From a virus: DNA of 64,000 nucleotides. Positions 17,401-25,815 of this stretch are shown one piece after another. A program made the translations under genes and the position numbers. The DNA lies in the IMG/VR virus record IMGVR_UViG_3300036832_000855, positions 1-64,000 of that record. The stretch is one strand, 5' to 3'. Numbering within the stretch: position 1 is the first letter of the stretch; the number at the start of each line of letters is the position of its first letter. The notes under the pieces were generated by a model that saw only the letters and a list, made by a program, of their open reading frames with translations, searched no databases and was not told the origin of the DNA.

Positions 17401-18420
17401 CCGCCCGCGCGGATGAAGCGCCTCGGTGTACTCGGCCTCCGCGAGCTGCATGAGCGCGCGCTCAACGCTCGGCCGAACCGGCAGACCGTCCAGGTAGTCG
17501 TCGATCTCGCCCGGATCGGCAACCGCCCTCACGGCCTCCTCCAGGGCCATGGCGGCCCGTGCCATCCGCATCGCCTCGCCGGGAGGTGGCACCTCCGGGG
17601 ACTGCGCCTGCGGCCGCGGCAGGTTGCGCGCCGCCTGCTGGCGCGCGACGGTTCCGAACCCGCCCGCCGCCTTGACATCCGCCCGCCACTTCGCCCAGTC
17701 CTCAGCGCTGACGCCGGGCAGCGGCTTCAGCCAGCAGCCACAGCCGGTGTGTATGGGCGGCGGGATCGTGTCGAGCACTTCCCACGGCCAGGCCTTGCCC
17801 GCCAGCGCGAGACACCCGGCGGTGTGGTTCTTGCGGTTGCCGAGCATCCAGATGGCGCCGTCCGGGGACTTCTCCTTGACGATCGCGTTCTCGCAGTGGG
17901 CGGTCGCGCGGTCGAGCAGCGCCTTCTCGCGCAGCTTCGCGTAGTGGCGCTCCCGGTTGAGGATCTCGACGGAGCGCTGGTTGCGCGCCTGCTTCGTCGG
18001 GAGCTGCCCGGCCGCGTGCAGGTCGCGCTCGGTCCGGGCCAGAGCCTTGCGCTGAAACGCCTGCTCGAAGCGCATCTCGCGCTCGACCGCTTCGCGAATC
18101 ACGGCCGGGTCGAGGTTCGGGTAGCGGCGCTTCAGCTCGTTCTCCAGCCACGTCGCCGACTCCATGTGGTGGCCCTTGAACAGCTTGCGCAGGATGCGCA
18201 GCGCCAGCGCCACCTTGACGCCGAACTCGACCGGCTCGGCAGCCGCGGACACGACGCCCGCCGCGGCGGCTGCGGGTCTCGTGATCGCGTATCCCGGGCC
18301 CGCGACGGCCACCTTCGCAGCCTGCCCGGCGGCACCGATCGCCGCGCCGGTCTGCGCGGCGTCGAGCACGCGCTGAGTGTCCGGATGCGTCTGCGGCGCC
18401 TGCTGGTCGGGGATCGCCAC
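14458..18420 (-). CDS. MuF (gp7-like) head morphogenesis protein fused to ART-like and GNAT domains
   Basis: HTAGCLALAGK...PPIHTGCGC (MuF); LYRGMS.. (ART-like); LNCFDGALPKIYRRHGF and QQHGFGRAF..GGYAWARRGF (GNATs); WYRFES.. (ART-like); directly downstream of the portal. Confidence 0.8.
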   Translation of the reverse strand: MAIPDQQAPQTHPDTQRVLDAAQTGAAIGAAGQAAKVAVAGPGYAITRPAAAAAGVVSAAAEPVEFGVKVALALRILRKLFKGHHMESATWLENELKRRYPNLDPAVIREAVEREMRFEQAFQRKALARTERDLHAAGQLPTKQARNQRSVEILNRERHYAKLREKALLDRATAHCENAIVKEKSPDGAIWMLGNRKNHTAGCLALAGKAWPWEVLDTIPPPIHTGCGCWLKPLPGVSAEDWAKWRADVKAAGGFGTVARQQAARNLPRPQAQSPEVPPPGEAMRMARAAMALEEAVRAVADPGEIDDYLDGLPVRPSVERALMQLAEAEYTEALHPRGRGGRWVHILSQVKAAKMDDITDVEGHSVMRLKDEGYSVRVGAGNRVKTYDPEVVADAIEKHLDERAKLGTPVTLANMDDNFQKWFSPQKLDGGKETHPKSGYDVHVGKWLSVQQPPPDTDGEPVFKVTDYGEHAGDQMFPKAIGTEPIKELYRGMSIDEWNQAVKRGYIQSDRRGVIGSWEGTNAGIDPQTSQSYLPRGAESVIAKMTVRPEEEWFTRNEDGYLRTRKRIPMSQVTAVSPVMYKDPEEGLFVRPDSTSAAKLTKEANGQRAAQARGPDGSGGRARGADLVRLAPLDASTDAGYQRYTDAVKANPHSEFITQPSQEELGAKRVWLSDDGHTGVTVSADGEVGNLFANNDQGAGGVALDHAVANGGTWLNCFDGALPKIYRRHGFTEVVRLKFDPEHKPEGWDMASLDSPDVVFMGHGGEPVEPVPTFTDWDEAERAVLEHIGALQETAELEEKHWTEWLHPRGRGGVWVDAIHHEIKQTEPAEPHEGFTGEDFARAMDGFEHGGIVAVRANRTSVQNLYGEVWLNLQKKGEERPVGLARVIVRPPNNREERVAEYANIYLREGEQQHGFGRAFTDHLFKTLREGGVDRINVEAVSVGGYAWARRGFVWTGDAKAEQQRIVADAKADGRWAQIVKHTPPAALSEFEGKIERGEFSSEAELAAYGIDRPWHEEALPEVRGAYDRPAPTHEGRTWLGKQLLIGSRWKGSRPVTVTAPSLREAYEEELALIERAEIGVQRFWDPTKHARGWHGHFAEMLKELPRPSLRGRGGGRVELPDGHRVARTRHGYEVTRPDGATMLYGTAEEAAKTVHDRVESERLRAEITAELAADEAQRKARKTAEREQANAEVAARTWYRFESPESARKIAENGVVWGLPGTQGRGISAVRAQPRRPDDKTIAGERARGRVLVEFHTKVAPDSEYGIPHYSWTPDSPNQHANEERSGVSGPRTETEETKYGRVPVAKLKVHAVRVIGA

Positions 18421-18458
18421 GCCTGAAGGCTACGGGCGTCCTGACCGGCTAGCGCAAA

Positions 18459-20483
18459 CTAGTGCCCGGCGCCGTTCGCGGCGGCGTCGGCCAGCACCCC
18501 GTCGATGATCTCGCCCAGCTCCTGCTCCAGCAGCGCCTCCAGCGCCGCTTGGGCCTCGTTCATCTGTCCCTGGTTGCCCTGGTACTCGGACGATTGGCCC
18601 TGCGCGCCGTACGGGTTCTGCTGGTCCGGGCCTTCGCCGGGCGGTGGCCCGCCAGGTCCGAACATGTTCGGCCCGGCGTCGCCGGTAGGGATCAGCGGCG
18701 GCGGCGGCCCCGGCGGCGGCCCGCCACCTCCGCTCATCTGCGCGGCGAGGAGCGGGTCGACGTAGCCCTCGGGCAGGATCCGTTCGACAGCAGCGGCCGG
18801 GTCAGCCATCTCCAGACCCTGCCCGAGCGCCACCCCCAGAAGTGTCCTACTTAGCTCAAGATTTGTGTTATTAGGATCGAAGGTACGCGCTAAATTAGCG
18901 ATCGAGTTGATGAGGTCCGCCATCTGGCGCTTGAGCGGGTTCGGCATCGAGAACTCGTAGCTCAGATCCCGCTCGGTGTCCTCCTCGTCCTGCGTCTGGC
19001 CCTCGTAACCAGCACTCAGCGCCGTCGGTCCGGCACCGTTCGAGGTGGGCTCGGTCACCGAGGACGGCGGCTCGCTCTGGATGGGCGCCGCGGGCGCGTT
19101 GATCCCACCGGCACCCGGCACCTGATTCTCCGACTTCTTAGCCTTGAGCCTCGCGCGCTCCTCGGGCGTCAGCGCGGTCGGCAGCGTGCCGTTGTCGACC
19201 GCCAGCCGAATCGACTGGTCGATGAACGTGCGGAACAGCCCCTCGAACAGCTCCTGGAACGCCTCGACCTTCTTGACCACCGGCAGCTCCAGCGCCGACG
19301 CCGTCGCCAGGTTCGCGTTCGACTGGTCGCCGAGGTAATGCTGAGGCCAGGTCGCGGCGCTGATCTGGGAGCGGATCATCTGCGCGTCCTGCGCCGCCTG
19401 CGCCGCCTGCGTCGGCACGGTGAACGGCTGCGTCGTCACGCTGTCGGAGTCGTTCAGGATCGAGCCCGGCCGCGGGCCCGGCTTGATCGTGCCCATGTTC
19501 GGATCGTCGATCGAGGTGGCGGCGAGATCGGACCGGCGGGAGATCGCCTTCGCGGCGATGTTCGCCACCTGCTGCGGCGTGCCCTTGATCGAACGGCGCA
19601 TGATGAACGCGGCGGCCGCCTGCGTCAGGTCGACGCGAGCGGCCATGAAGTCGTTCAGGGCGGCCATCCACTTCACGATCCGGCGCATCGCCGGGACGCC
19701 AAACACCTGCTCGGAGCCTCGGTTGATCGCGATGTGGTAGACGAGCCCCTCGCCGAGCTTCTGAGGCGGGCACTGGTCGTCGAGGCTGTCCAGGTCGCCC
19801 GTCTCCGGGTCGGTGGCGGCGAGCGCCTGGTAGTACATGACGCGCGGCTTGCTCGGGTCCTGCGCGTCCATCTGCGCCGTCATCGACGGCCGGTCGTTGG
19901 CGAAGTCCCAGCCGTAGGTGCGGCGCCGGGCGACGTAGTACAGAACGCGCAGCCGGTTGTTCGAGTCGCGGACCACATCCTCGACGGAGTCGTGATCGAG
20001 CAGGCCGAGCTTGACCTTGCCGTCGTCGCCCTGGAAGAACAGCAGGAACAGGTTCGACTGGAGCACGAGATCGGTGCAGAGCGCCACCTGTGCCGGGAAC
20101 GTGGTCAGGACCGCCTTGTTGTCCGGGTCATCCCACGCCTCATCAATGACCTCCTGGACCTTCTCGTCCGCCGCCTTCGGCTTCGGGACGCCGCGGCCGA
20201 AGATGAAGTTGCAGCTCAGCTCGACGTTCGCCCCGGCCACCGGATCCTGTACCCAGACCATGCGCGACTGAGCAGCCATCCGGCGGCGCTCGGTCGGTCT
20301 GACCTCCTGCGGCTGGCCGCCGATGTAGTCGAGCACGTACCACCCGAGCAAGTCCAGCTCTTTTTGCATGGCGCGACGCTCGACATCGGACGCTTCGAGC
20401 AGCTCGACGTAATTGCGGTCGATGACGGTCTTGCCGGTGCGCTCCTCGATCTGCTCCTGCAGGCGCTTCGTCCAGTCAGGCAT
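18459..20483 (-). CDS. portal protein
   Basis: 674 aa; NFIFGRG, 'INRGSEQVFGVP', HYLGDQSNANLATA; upstream of MuF. Confidence 0.8.
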   Translation of the reverse strand: MPDWTKRLQEQIEERTGKTVIDRNYVELLEASDVERRAMQKELDLLGWYVLDYIGGQPQEVRPTERRRMAAQSRMVWVQDPVAGANVELSCNFIFGRGVPKPKAADEKVQEVIDEAWDDPDNKAVLTTFPAQVALCTDLVLQSNLFLLFFQGDDGKVKLGLLDHDSVEDVVRDSNNRLRVLYYVARRRTYGWDFANDRPSMTAQMDAQDPSKPRVMYYQALAATDPETGDLDSLDDQCPPQKLGEGLVYHIAINRGSEQVFGVPAMRRIVKWMAALNDFMAARVDLTQAAAAFIMRRSIKGTPQQVANIAAKAISRRSDLAATSIDDPNMGTIKPGPRPGSILNDSDSVTTQPFTVPTQAAQAAQDAQMIRSQISAATWPQHYLGDQSNANLATASALELPVVKKVEAFQELFEGLFRTFIDQSIRLAVDNGTLPTALTPEERARLKAKKSENQVPGAGGINAPAAPIQSEPPSSVTEPTSNGAGPTALSAGYEGQTQDEEDTERDLSYEFSMPNPLKRQMADLINSIANLARTFDPNNTNLELSRTLLGVALGQGLEMADPAAAVERILPEGYVDPLLAAQMSGGGGPPPGPPPPLIPTGDAGPNMFGPGGPPPGEGPDQQNPYGAQGQSSEYQGNQGQMNEAQAALEALLEQELGEIIDGVLADAAANGAGH

Positions 20484-20676
20484 CGGAGTCCTCCGAGCGG
20501 ATCACTCGCCAGTCGGTCAGCGCCGACGCTCGCATCTTGTACGCCTCGCCGGTGCGGGCGTCCTCGACCATGACGGCGCCGCGAGCGCCGCCGACCTCCA
20601 GGACGTACAGAAGCGTGGTCTCGTCCGTGAGGTAGACATGCGTCGCTAGCGCTCGCGCTCTCTCTGCAACTGCCAC
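20476..20676 (-). CDS. hypothetical protein
   Basis: Probable GTG start at 20676; overlaps the portal start. Confidence 0.45.
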   Translation of the reverse strand: MAVAERARALATHVYLTDETTLLYVLEVGGARGAVMVEDARTGEAYKMRASALTDWRVIRSEDSDA

Positions 20677-21017
20677 GCCTCGCGCTCCTGGGCCTCGATC
20701 GCCAGCGCCAGCCCCTGCTCGCGCTCGCGGTCCTCCGGATGTCCCGAGACGAGATCGCCCCGGCGGTTCAGTAGGTCTCGGATCGTCTTGCTGCGCCACA
20801 GCTCTTCGCGGTCGGCGCGCCACGTCGGGCAGGTCTGGTATCCCGTCGAGCTGAAGCAGTAGGCCCTCAACGTCGAGGGGTTCCGTCGGCTGTCGATCAG
20901 GTTCGACGTGATGCGGCAGACGCAGCCGGTGCCCCCCGCCGCTTCCGAGACCAGGGCACCGGCGGGGCACGGCGGCGCGGTCGGGTTCGGGATGACGACG
21001 CGTTCGAAGTCGGCCAC
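20646..21017 (-). CDS. hypothetical Cys-rich protein, leaderless head of the portal operon
   Basis: TAAGGT -10 lies 6 nt before GTG. Confidence 0.65.
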   Translation of the reverse strand: MADFERVVIPNPTAPPCPAGALVSEAAGGTGCVCRITSNLIDSRRNPSTLRAYCFSSTGYQTCPTWRADREELWRSKTIRDLLNRRGDLVSGHPEDREREQGLALAIEAQEREAWQLQRERER

Positions 21018-21124
21018 GCGCCAACCTTACTGCCGCCCTCGCGGGCTGCCACACAACGATCCGCCAGACCGCACCCACATCTCGCGAGCGTAAGTCCGAC
21101 GGGGCGGGTCAGGTCAAACGGCTT

Positions 21125-21265
21125 TTAGGGCCGCGGGTCTGCGCGGCCGCGGTTGATGCTCCACGGTCGCCAGGCCAGCTCGGGATCGTCCTTCTCGACC
21201 TCGTTGACCATGGCGACCAGGGCTCGGGCTATCACCAGAAGCTGCTGCTTCTGCTCGTCGGTCAC
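21125..21265 (-). CDS. hypothetical protein
   Basis: GTGA overlap with the upstream gene. Confidence 0.45.
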   Translation of the reverse strand: MTDEQKQQLLVIARALVAMVNEVEKDDPELAWRPWSINRGRADPRP

Positions 21266-21597
21266 AGATCGAAGTCGGGAGCGCTGCGGAGTCGCTCGTC
21301 CATCGTCGCCTCCTGACGCGCCTTCCACTCCGCCTGCTCGCGAAGGCTGTCCAGCCAACGCCCGTAGAGCTTCTCCAGCTCGCCGGGCGGGATGATGCGC
21401 GGGTCACGGCCGTCGGCGTCATTCTCGGCCAGCCAGTCGAGGAACGCCTGCGCCCGGTCTTCGGCCGCCTCGCCGTTCTCGCCGGTGTGGAACAGCGGGC
21501 CGAACGCCCAGCCGGTAACGCTGTCGAACAGGCAGGCCAGCTCGGTGTTGAAGCCGTGGTCGCCCTGCTCGTGGCCGATCAGGATCCTGGTGCTCAT
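21262..21597 (-). CDS. hypothetical protein
   Basis: Coupled ORF with RBS. Confidence 0.7.
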   Translation of the reverse strand: MSTRILIGHEQGDHGFNTELACLFDSVTGWAFGPLFHTGENGEAAEDRAQAFLDWLAENDADGRDPRIIPPGELEKLYGRWLDSLREQAEWKARQEATMDERLRSAPDFDL

Positions 21598-21998
21598 TCG
21601 TCGTCCTCTCCTAAGGGTTTGACCCGGTCGATCCAGAGGATCTCCAGGTAGGCGTGCTCGTCGAGCGCGATCACGAGCCCGACGTCTTGGTCCATCGCCT
21701 CGGCCACGCCGTCCCAGAGCTGCGACAGGTCGATGCCGCTGCCGCCATCCCCAACGGCGTACACGCCAACGTCTTCCTCGTAGTCGCCCCGTTCGTGCCG
21801 GAACATGAGATCTCCAGGCTCGCGCTCGGGCTGCTGTCCAAGCACCGCCTCGACGTCGTCGTACTGCTGGTCGGGGCTCACGTGCTGCAGCACGCCGCGC
21901 AGCTCCGCCACGATCACCTCACCGGCGGCCCGGGTGGTAACCACGACGCGCTCACCCAGGTGGTCGTTGACCAGCATCAGCATCTCGTCCCTGGTCAC
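21594..21998 (-). CDS. hypothetical protein
   Basis: Coupled ORF with RBS. Confidence 0.7.
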   Translation of the reverse strand: MTRDEMLMLVNDHLGERVVVTTRAAGEVIVAELRGVLQHVSPDQQYDDVEAVLGQQPEREPGDLMFRHERGDYEEDVGVYAVGDGGSGIDLSQLWDGVAEAMDQDVGLVIALDEHAYLEILWIDRVKPLGEDDE

Positions 21999-22198
21999 TC
22001 CTCCTCCTCGGGTCCAGGCACGTAGACGTCGAAGTCGCCTACGACGGCCTCGTCTATGACCACGCTGACGCGGGAGCCTTCCTCGTCAAGCATCTCGACG
22101 CTCGTGCCCGCGAGGGCGGTCTCGATCTCCTTGGCCACGGTCAGCATCGGGACGCCGTCAGCGCCGTCGAGAATCAGCTTCACGTAGATCTCAAGCAT
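21995..22198 (-). CDS. hypothetical protein
   Basis: Coupled ORF. Confidence 0.6.
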   Translation of the reverse strand: MLEIYVKLILDGADGVPMLTVAKEIETALAGTSVEMLDEEGSRVSVVIDEAVVGDFDVYVPGPEEEE

Positions 22199-23303
22199 CT
22201 TCGTCCCCCTCAGGCTCGCCGCCGTTCAGGCTCTCGACAATCTCGGTCCAGCGCTGCGACGCCTGGCGCAGCAGCCGCTGGCCGTCCTGCTCGCGCTCGA
22301 CGGCCTTGTCCCAGACGTCGTTGTCGATCAGCGCCTCGACGTGCGTCCGGACCAGGCCGGACAGGACATCGGGCGGGAGCGCGTCCAGCTCCCAGGAAGA
22401 GGTGTTCTGGGCACGATCCAGAGGGTCGTGCGAGGCATCGAGATCCGAGAACAGGTCGATGTAGCTCCCCGGCTTGATCCCCACGATCCTGTTCTGCCTG
22501 CGGACAATCCCGGAGCGAGAGTCCGTGAGCTTGGCGAAGTTCGGCGGCGGGTTGTACTGCTGGACCTGGTCCATCGTCAGCGCGATCCGGTTGATCGTGA
22601 GCCGGTCGAGCACATCGTTGATCCACTGCCGGATCGTCACATCCTGGTTCGTCTCGCTGTACGTGTCCCAGTTCTCGTCCGCGTCCATCATGTGGCGCGC
22701 GTAGTCCTGGCCGACGAACTGCTCCAGCCGGTCCTTGATGTCGCGGGTCATGTCGATCCCGGACGGGTCGTGGTCGCCGAGGTGCAGGATCGTGATCCGC
22801 TTGCCCTTGACCGCCTGTTCGAGCAGGCGCTGCCCGGCCGCCCACATCTCGCTCTGCGACGTGTAGCCGCGGCACGAGAAGTAGGGGACGTCCAGCTCTT
22901 CGCTGACACCGGCGATCACGCCGACGAGCGCGTCCTTCTCGATCCACACCTCGACGTAGTCGCCCTGCGCTTCCCACAGGTCGACCTTGTAGCTCCGCGC
23001 GGTCGCGGTGATGATGTGCGCCGGGTCGCGCCAGTGCGTCAGGGCGCGGATGTTCCGCGTCCGGTCGACGATGTGATCCCAGTCCATGTGCCCGGTCAGC
23101 CGAGCGTCGTTGACGATCGAGCCGAGCCGCTTGTAGGACTGCTCAGTGTTGAGGATCAGCCCTCGTGCGACGTGCTGGTAGTAGAGCTGACGGAGCGTCA
23201 GGTCGTAGCCCTGCTGCTCATACTCGACCAGGATCTCGTTGGCCTGCCGGATCGCGGCGAGCGTGTCTGCGTTGAAGTTCTTGGTCTCGTAGGCGATCCT
23301 CAT
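22191..23303 (-). CDS. Topo VI-A/Spo11-like wHTH + TOPRIM protein
   Basis: TLRQLYYQ; VEVWIEKDAL; SCRGYTS; LGDHDPSG; WELDAL. Confidence 0.8.
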   Translation of the reverse strand: MRIAYETKNFNADTLAAIRQANEILVEYEQQGYDLTLRQLYYQHVARGLILNTEQSYKRLGSIVNDARLTGHMDWDHIVDRTRNIRALTHWRDPAHIITATARSYKVDLWEAQGDYVEVWIEKDALVGVIAGVSEELDVPYFSCRGYTSQSEMWAAGQRLLEQAVKGKRITILHLGDHDPSGIDMTRDIKDRLEQFVGQDYARHMMDADENWDTYSETNQDVTIRQWINDVLDRLTINRIALTMDQVQQYNPPPNFAKLTDSRSGIVRRQNRIVGIKPGSYIDLFSDLDASHDPLDRAQNTSSWELDALPPDVLSGLVRTHVEALIDNDVWDKAVEREQDGQRLLRQASQRWTEIVESLNGGEPEGDEDA

Positions 23304-23599
23304 TCGGCCGCCTTCGTCACGACGTACTCGCCGTCCTTCTGCTCGATCTCGGCCAGCTTGTTGAAGTCCGCGTAGCCAATGTCGAGCCACGCCAGGACGG
23401 GCTCGTCGCGCCCTTCGAGCTTGAGCATCATGTGGACGTGCAGGTGGTCGCTGTCGCCGTTGGGGACCGCGAGCTGCACGATGTTGACGCCTTCGTTGTC
23501 GAGCCGGTCGATCACCGCCGCGCTTAGCGAGCGGGTGTACTTCCGGACTGCCTTCATGTTCAGGGCGACGACGGTGTCGGCGCCCATTACCTTGCTCAT
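23300..23599 (-). CDS. hypothetical protein
   Basis: Variant RBS motif CCGACCAGGAG and promoter at 23630-23650. Confidence 0.7.
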   Translation of the reverse strand: MSKVMGADTVVALNMKAVRKYTRSLSAAVIDRLDNEGVNIVQLAVPNGDSDHLHVHMMLKLEGRDEPVLAWLDIGYADFNKLAEIEQKDGEYVVTKAAE

Positions 23600-23603
23600 G
23601 TGT

Positions 23604-23840
23604 TCACTCCTGGTCGGGGTTGTCACTCGATCGTAGCACAGGTCTTGTGCTTGGCACTACCTCCATCCACCAGTCACCCTGGAACGGAACGCCGCTCCCG
23701 GCAACCTCCAGCTCGATCAGCCCGCGACGCTCCAGGCGCCGGGCCATAGCGAGCTGAGGGCCGCGTACCCCCACGCGGCCCTCGCTCTCGATCCGCGCCA
23801 ATAGCGCGGTCTGCGCCGGGGTGAGTCGCCCCTCACTCAC
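23604..23840 (-). CDS. small wHTH-like protein
   Basis: LTPAQTALL...ARRLERRGLI. Confidence 0.5.
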   Translation of the reverse strand: MSEGRLTPAQTALLARIESEGRVGVRGPQLAMARRLERRGLIELEVAGSGVPFQGDWWMEVVPSTRPVLRSSDNPDQE

Positions 23841-24334
23841 CCCGTGCCCCCTGCCGCAGTCTTGTTGGTGACTCGCTCGATCAGCTCGCGCAGGCTGGCC
23901 CGCTGAATCGAGTCCAGGCCGCCGCGATAGTTGACCGAGAACCTGACCATCGGCTCGCCGGTGTCGGTCACGAGCCCGGCCTCGATCTGGCGCCGGTTCA
24001 GACTCTCGGCCAGCGTCCCGTTGATCGTGGTGCGCTCGGCAAGCTCGCGCGCGTTGCGCTCCTGCGCCTCGCGGCTCCGCTCCGCCGCCGCGAGCCGGTC
24101 GGCCCATGTACCGAGGATCCGGCGCGCGTTCACGTCGTACTCGTCGCCGTCCTCGTCTCGCACCCGAGCGTTGAGCTTCTCCTCGTTATAGCGTCGGCCC
24201 GACTTCGCCGGGCTGTACACCTCGACGAGCGTCGCCCGCTTCGCGTCGTGCTGCAGGATGCCCTCGCGCGGGCGCACCGGGAAGCGCGTCACAACGGCGT
24301 AGTGCTCGCCCACCTTCAGGTCCGCCGTCCTCAT
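23837..24334 (-). CDS. hypothetical protein (MRTADLKVG...)
   Basis: Coupled start with GGAGG RBS. Confidence 0.7.
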   Translation of the reverse strand: MRTADLKVGEHYAVVTRFPVRPREGILQHDAKRATLVEVYSPAKSGRRYNEEKLNARVRDEDGDEYDVNARRILGTWADRLAAAERSREAQERNARELAERTTINGTLAESLNRRQIEAGLVTDTGEPMVRFSVNYRGGLDSIQRASLRELIERVTNKTAAGGTG

Positions 24335-24624
24335 ACGGTCACCTCCAGCAGCTCCTCGATGGTCGCGCCGTCGAGGTAACGCCGGGCGTCCTCGTCGCTG
24401 ACCTCCACACCGGTCAGCGCCGGGCCGAAGTGGCCACCGAAGCGCGCCATCACGGCACGGCGGATCTCCGCCTTGGCGGTCTCGATCTCGACCGCTCCCG
24501 CGATGCGGGAGTAGCCGTTCGCCCGCAGCATCGCGGCCTGCTCGGCTGCGGTCACGTCGGTCTCGCGGATGGTCTCCAGGTTGCTGCGCACCATCCACCG
24601 CTCGTAGGCCGACAGGGATGTCAT
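24331..24624 (-). CDS. hypothetical protein
   Basis: Coupled start with GGAGG RBS. Confidence 0.65.
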   Translation of the reverse strand: MTSLSAYERWMVRSNLETIRETDVTAAEQAAMLRANGYSRIAGAVEIETAKAEIRRAVMARFGGHFGPALTGVEVSDEDARRYLDGATIEELLEVTV

Positions 24625-24950
24625 GCCGTCACCTCCCTCGTGACTGCGTCGCCGAAGTCGTAGCTCCGGAAGCTGGACGCGCGGTAGGCGGCGTCGCCGA
24701 CCTCGTCCATGTAGACGCCGCGGCGCTCGCCCTTGATCCAGACCTTGGCGCCGCGCTTGAACACGCGCCGGACGACGTAGTCGTCGCCCCAGTCGTAGTC
24801 GACGGTGACGCTGTAGCCAGCGCCGACCGGCAGGGTTACGCCGGTCTCGCGGCGGATCACTCGGCCGCCGCTGATGGCCAGCACGTTCATGCGGCCGATC
24901 TGCGCGAGCAGGACGCTGGTGTCGCACTCGCGGAAGGTCTCTGTGGTCAT
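24621..24950 (-). CDS. conserved actinophage-type hypothetical protein
   Basis: Promoter + hairpin + exact CCGACCGAGGAG (24956-24967). Confidence 0.75.
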   Translation of the reverse strand: MTTETFRECDTSVLLAQIGRMNVLAISGGRVIRRETGVTLPVGAGYSVTVDYDWGDDYVVRRVFKRGAKVWIKGERRGVYMDEVGDAAYRASSFRSYDFGDAVTREVTA

Positions 24951-24955
24951 TCGGT

Positions 24956-25016
24956 CTCCTCGGTCGGGGGGGGCGGGTCTCTCTTGCCCGCACCTACATT
25001 GTATCACATCGTGAGC
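24956..25016 (-). promoter_or_regulatory. Promoter (TACAAT), 5' hairpin and CCGACCGAGGAG leader cassette
   Basis: GCGGG-caagagaga-CCCGC hairpin between the -10 and the RBS motif. Confidence 0.75.
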
Positions 25017-25279
25017 TAGCGCAGCTCGATCACGAGTATGTCGATCAGCGGGATTCGCCCGCCGTCGACGACGTCTCGCTCCTCCAGGATCAGCGTCGGG
25101 CCATCGGACGTGCAGGCGAGGACCGTGCCCTCGACGCGGAGGTCGTTGGCGTCCTCGGCATCCCACGAGCGCGGGTCGAGCGTCAGCCGTACTCGCTTGC
25201 CCAGCAGCTTGCCGCCCGCGGTCATCTTCATGACGTCCGGGTTGGGCGTGGTCGCCCATGGTCGAGTCTCCCAGGGCAT
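25016..25279 (-). CDS. hypothetical protein
   Basis: Coupled start at 25279. Confidence 0.6.
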   Translation of the reverse strand: MPWETRPWATTPNPDVMKMTAGGKLLGKRVRLTLDPRSWDAEDANDLRVEGTVLACTSDGPTLILEERDVVDGGRIPLIDILVIELR

Positions 25280-25815
25280 CACGCCGCCTCCGGTCCGGTC
25301 GGCAGCCCGGGCTCCCACGGCCGCTGGCGGTAGCCGGACTGGCCGGTCTGCCGGTACAGCGCGTGGTCGTGCTCGAACTCGGCGCCCTGGTGTTCGACCA
25401 CCTGGCGCTCGACGAAGCCGAGCGGGCTGAGCTGGTCCGGCGGCAGCACCCACAAGTGGTACTCGTTCGCGCAGTCGACCAGCATCGACTCGGGTGGGAA
25501 GATCTCGACCGCCTCGCGCTCGGGTCCGGCGACCTCGTTCTTGATCGCCTGGATGTGGCGCCAGTCGCGGATCGCGGAGCGGTCTCGGCGCTTGAACGAG
25601 AGGTGCATCGAGCCGTCCTCGAACACGAGCGCCGCGCCGTTGTACAGGCGGTTGCCGAACGCCAGGCACTCGGTCGCGGGGATCGGCGTGCGGTACGTGA
25701 ACCAGTGCTTGCGCCCGCCGGTCTCGTGGAAGGCACGCGCCATGCCAGCGGCGCCCTCGCGAGCCGCCGGGCCGATGGCCAGCGGCTCCCAGGTGCGGGG
25801 GCTGCCCTTGCTCAC
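25279..25815 (-). CDS. conserved phage protein (WRxxQxIKNE family)
   Basis: HLSFKRRD..DWRHIQAIKNEVAGPEREAVEIFP..LVD.AN.YHLW. Confidence 0.75.
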   Translation of the reverse strand: MSKGSPRTWEPLAIGPAAREGAAGMARAFHETGGRKHWFTYRTPIPATECLAFGNRLYNGAALVFEDGSMHLSFKRRDRSAIRDWRHIQAIKNEVAGPEREAVEIFPPESMLVDCANEYHLWVLPPDQLSPLGFVERQVVEHQGAEFEHDHALYRQTGQSGYRQRPWEPGLPTGPEAA

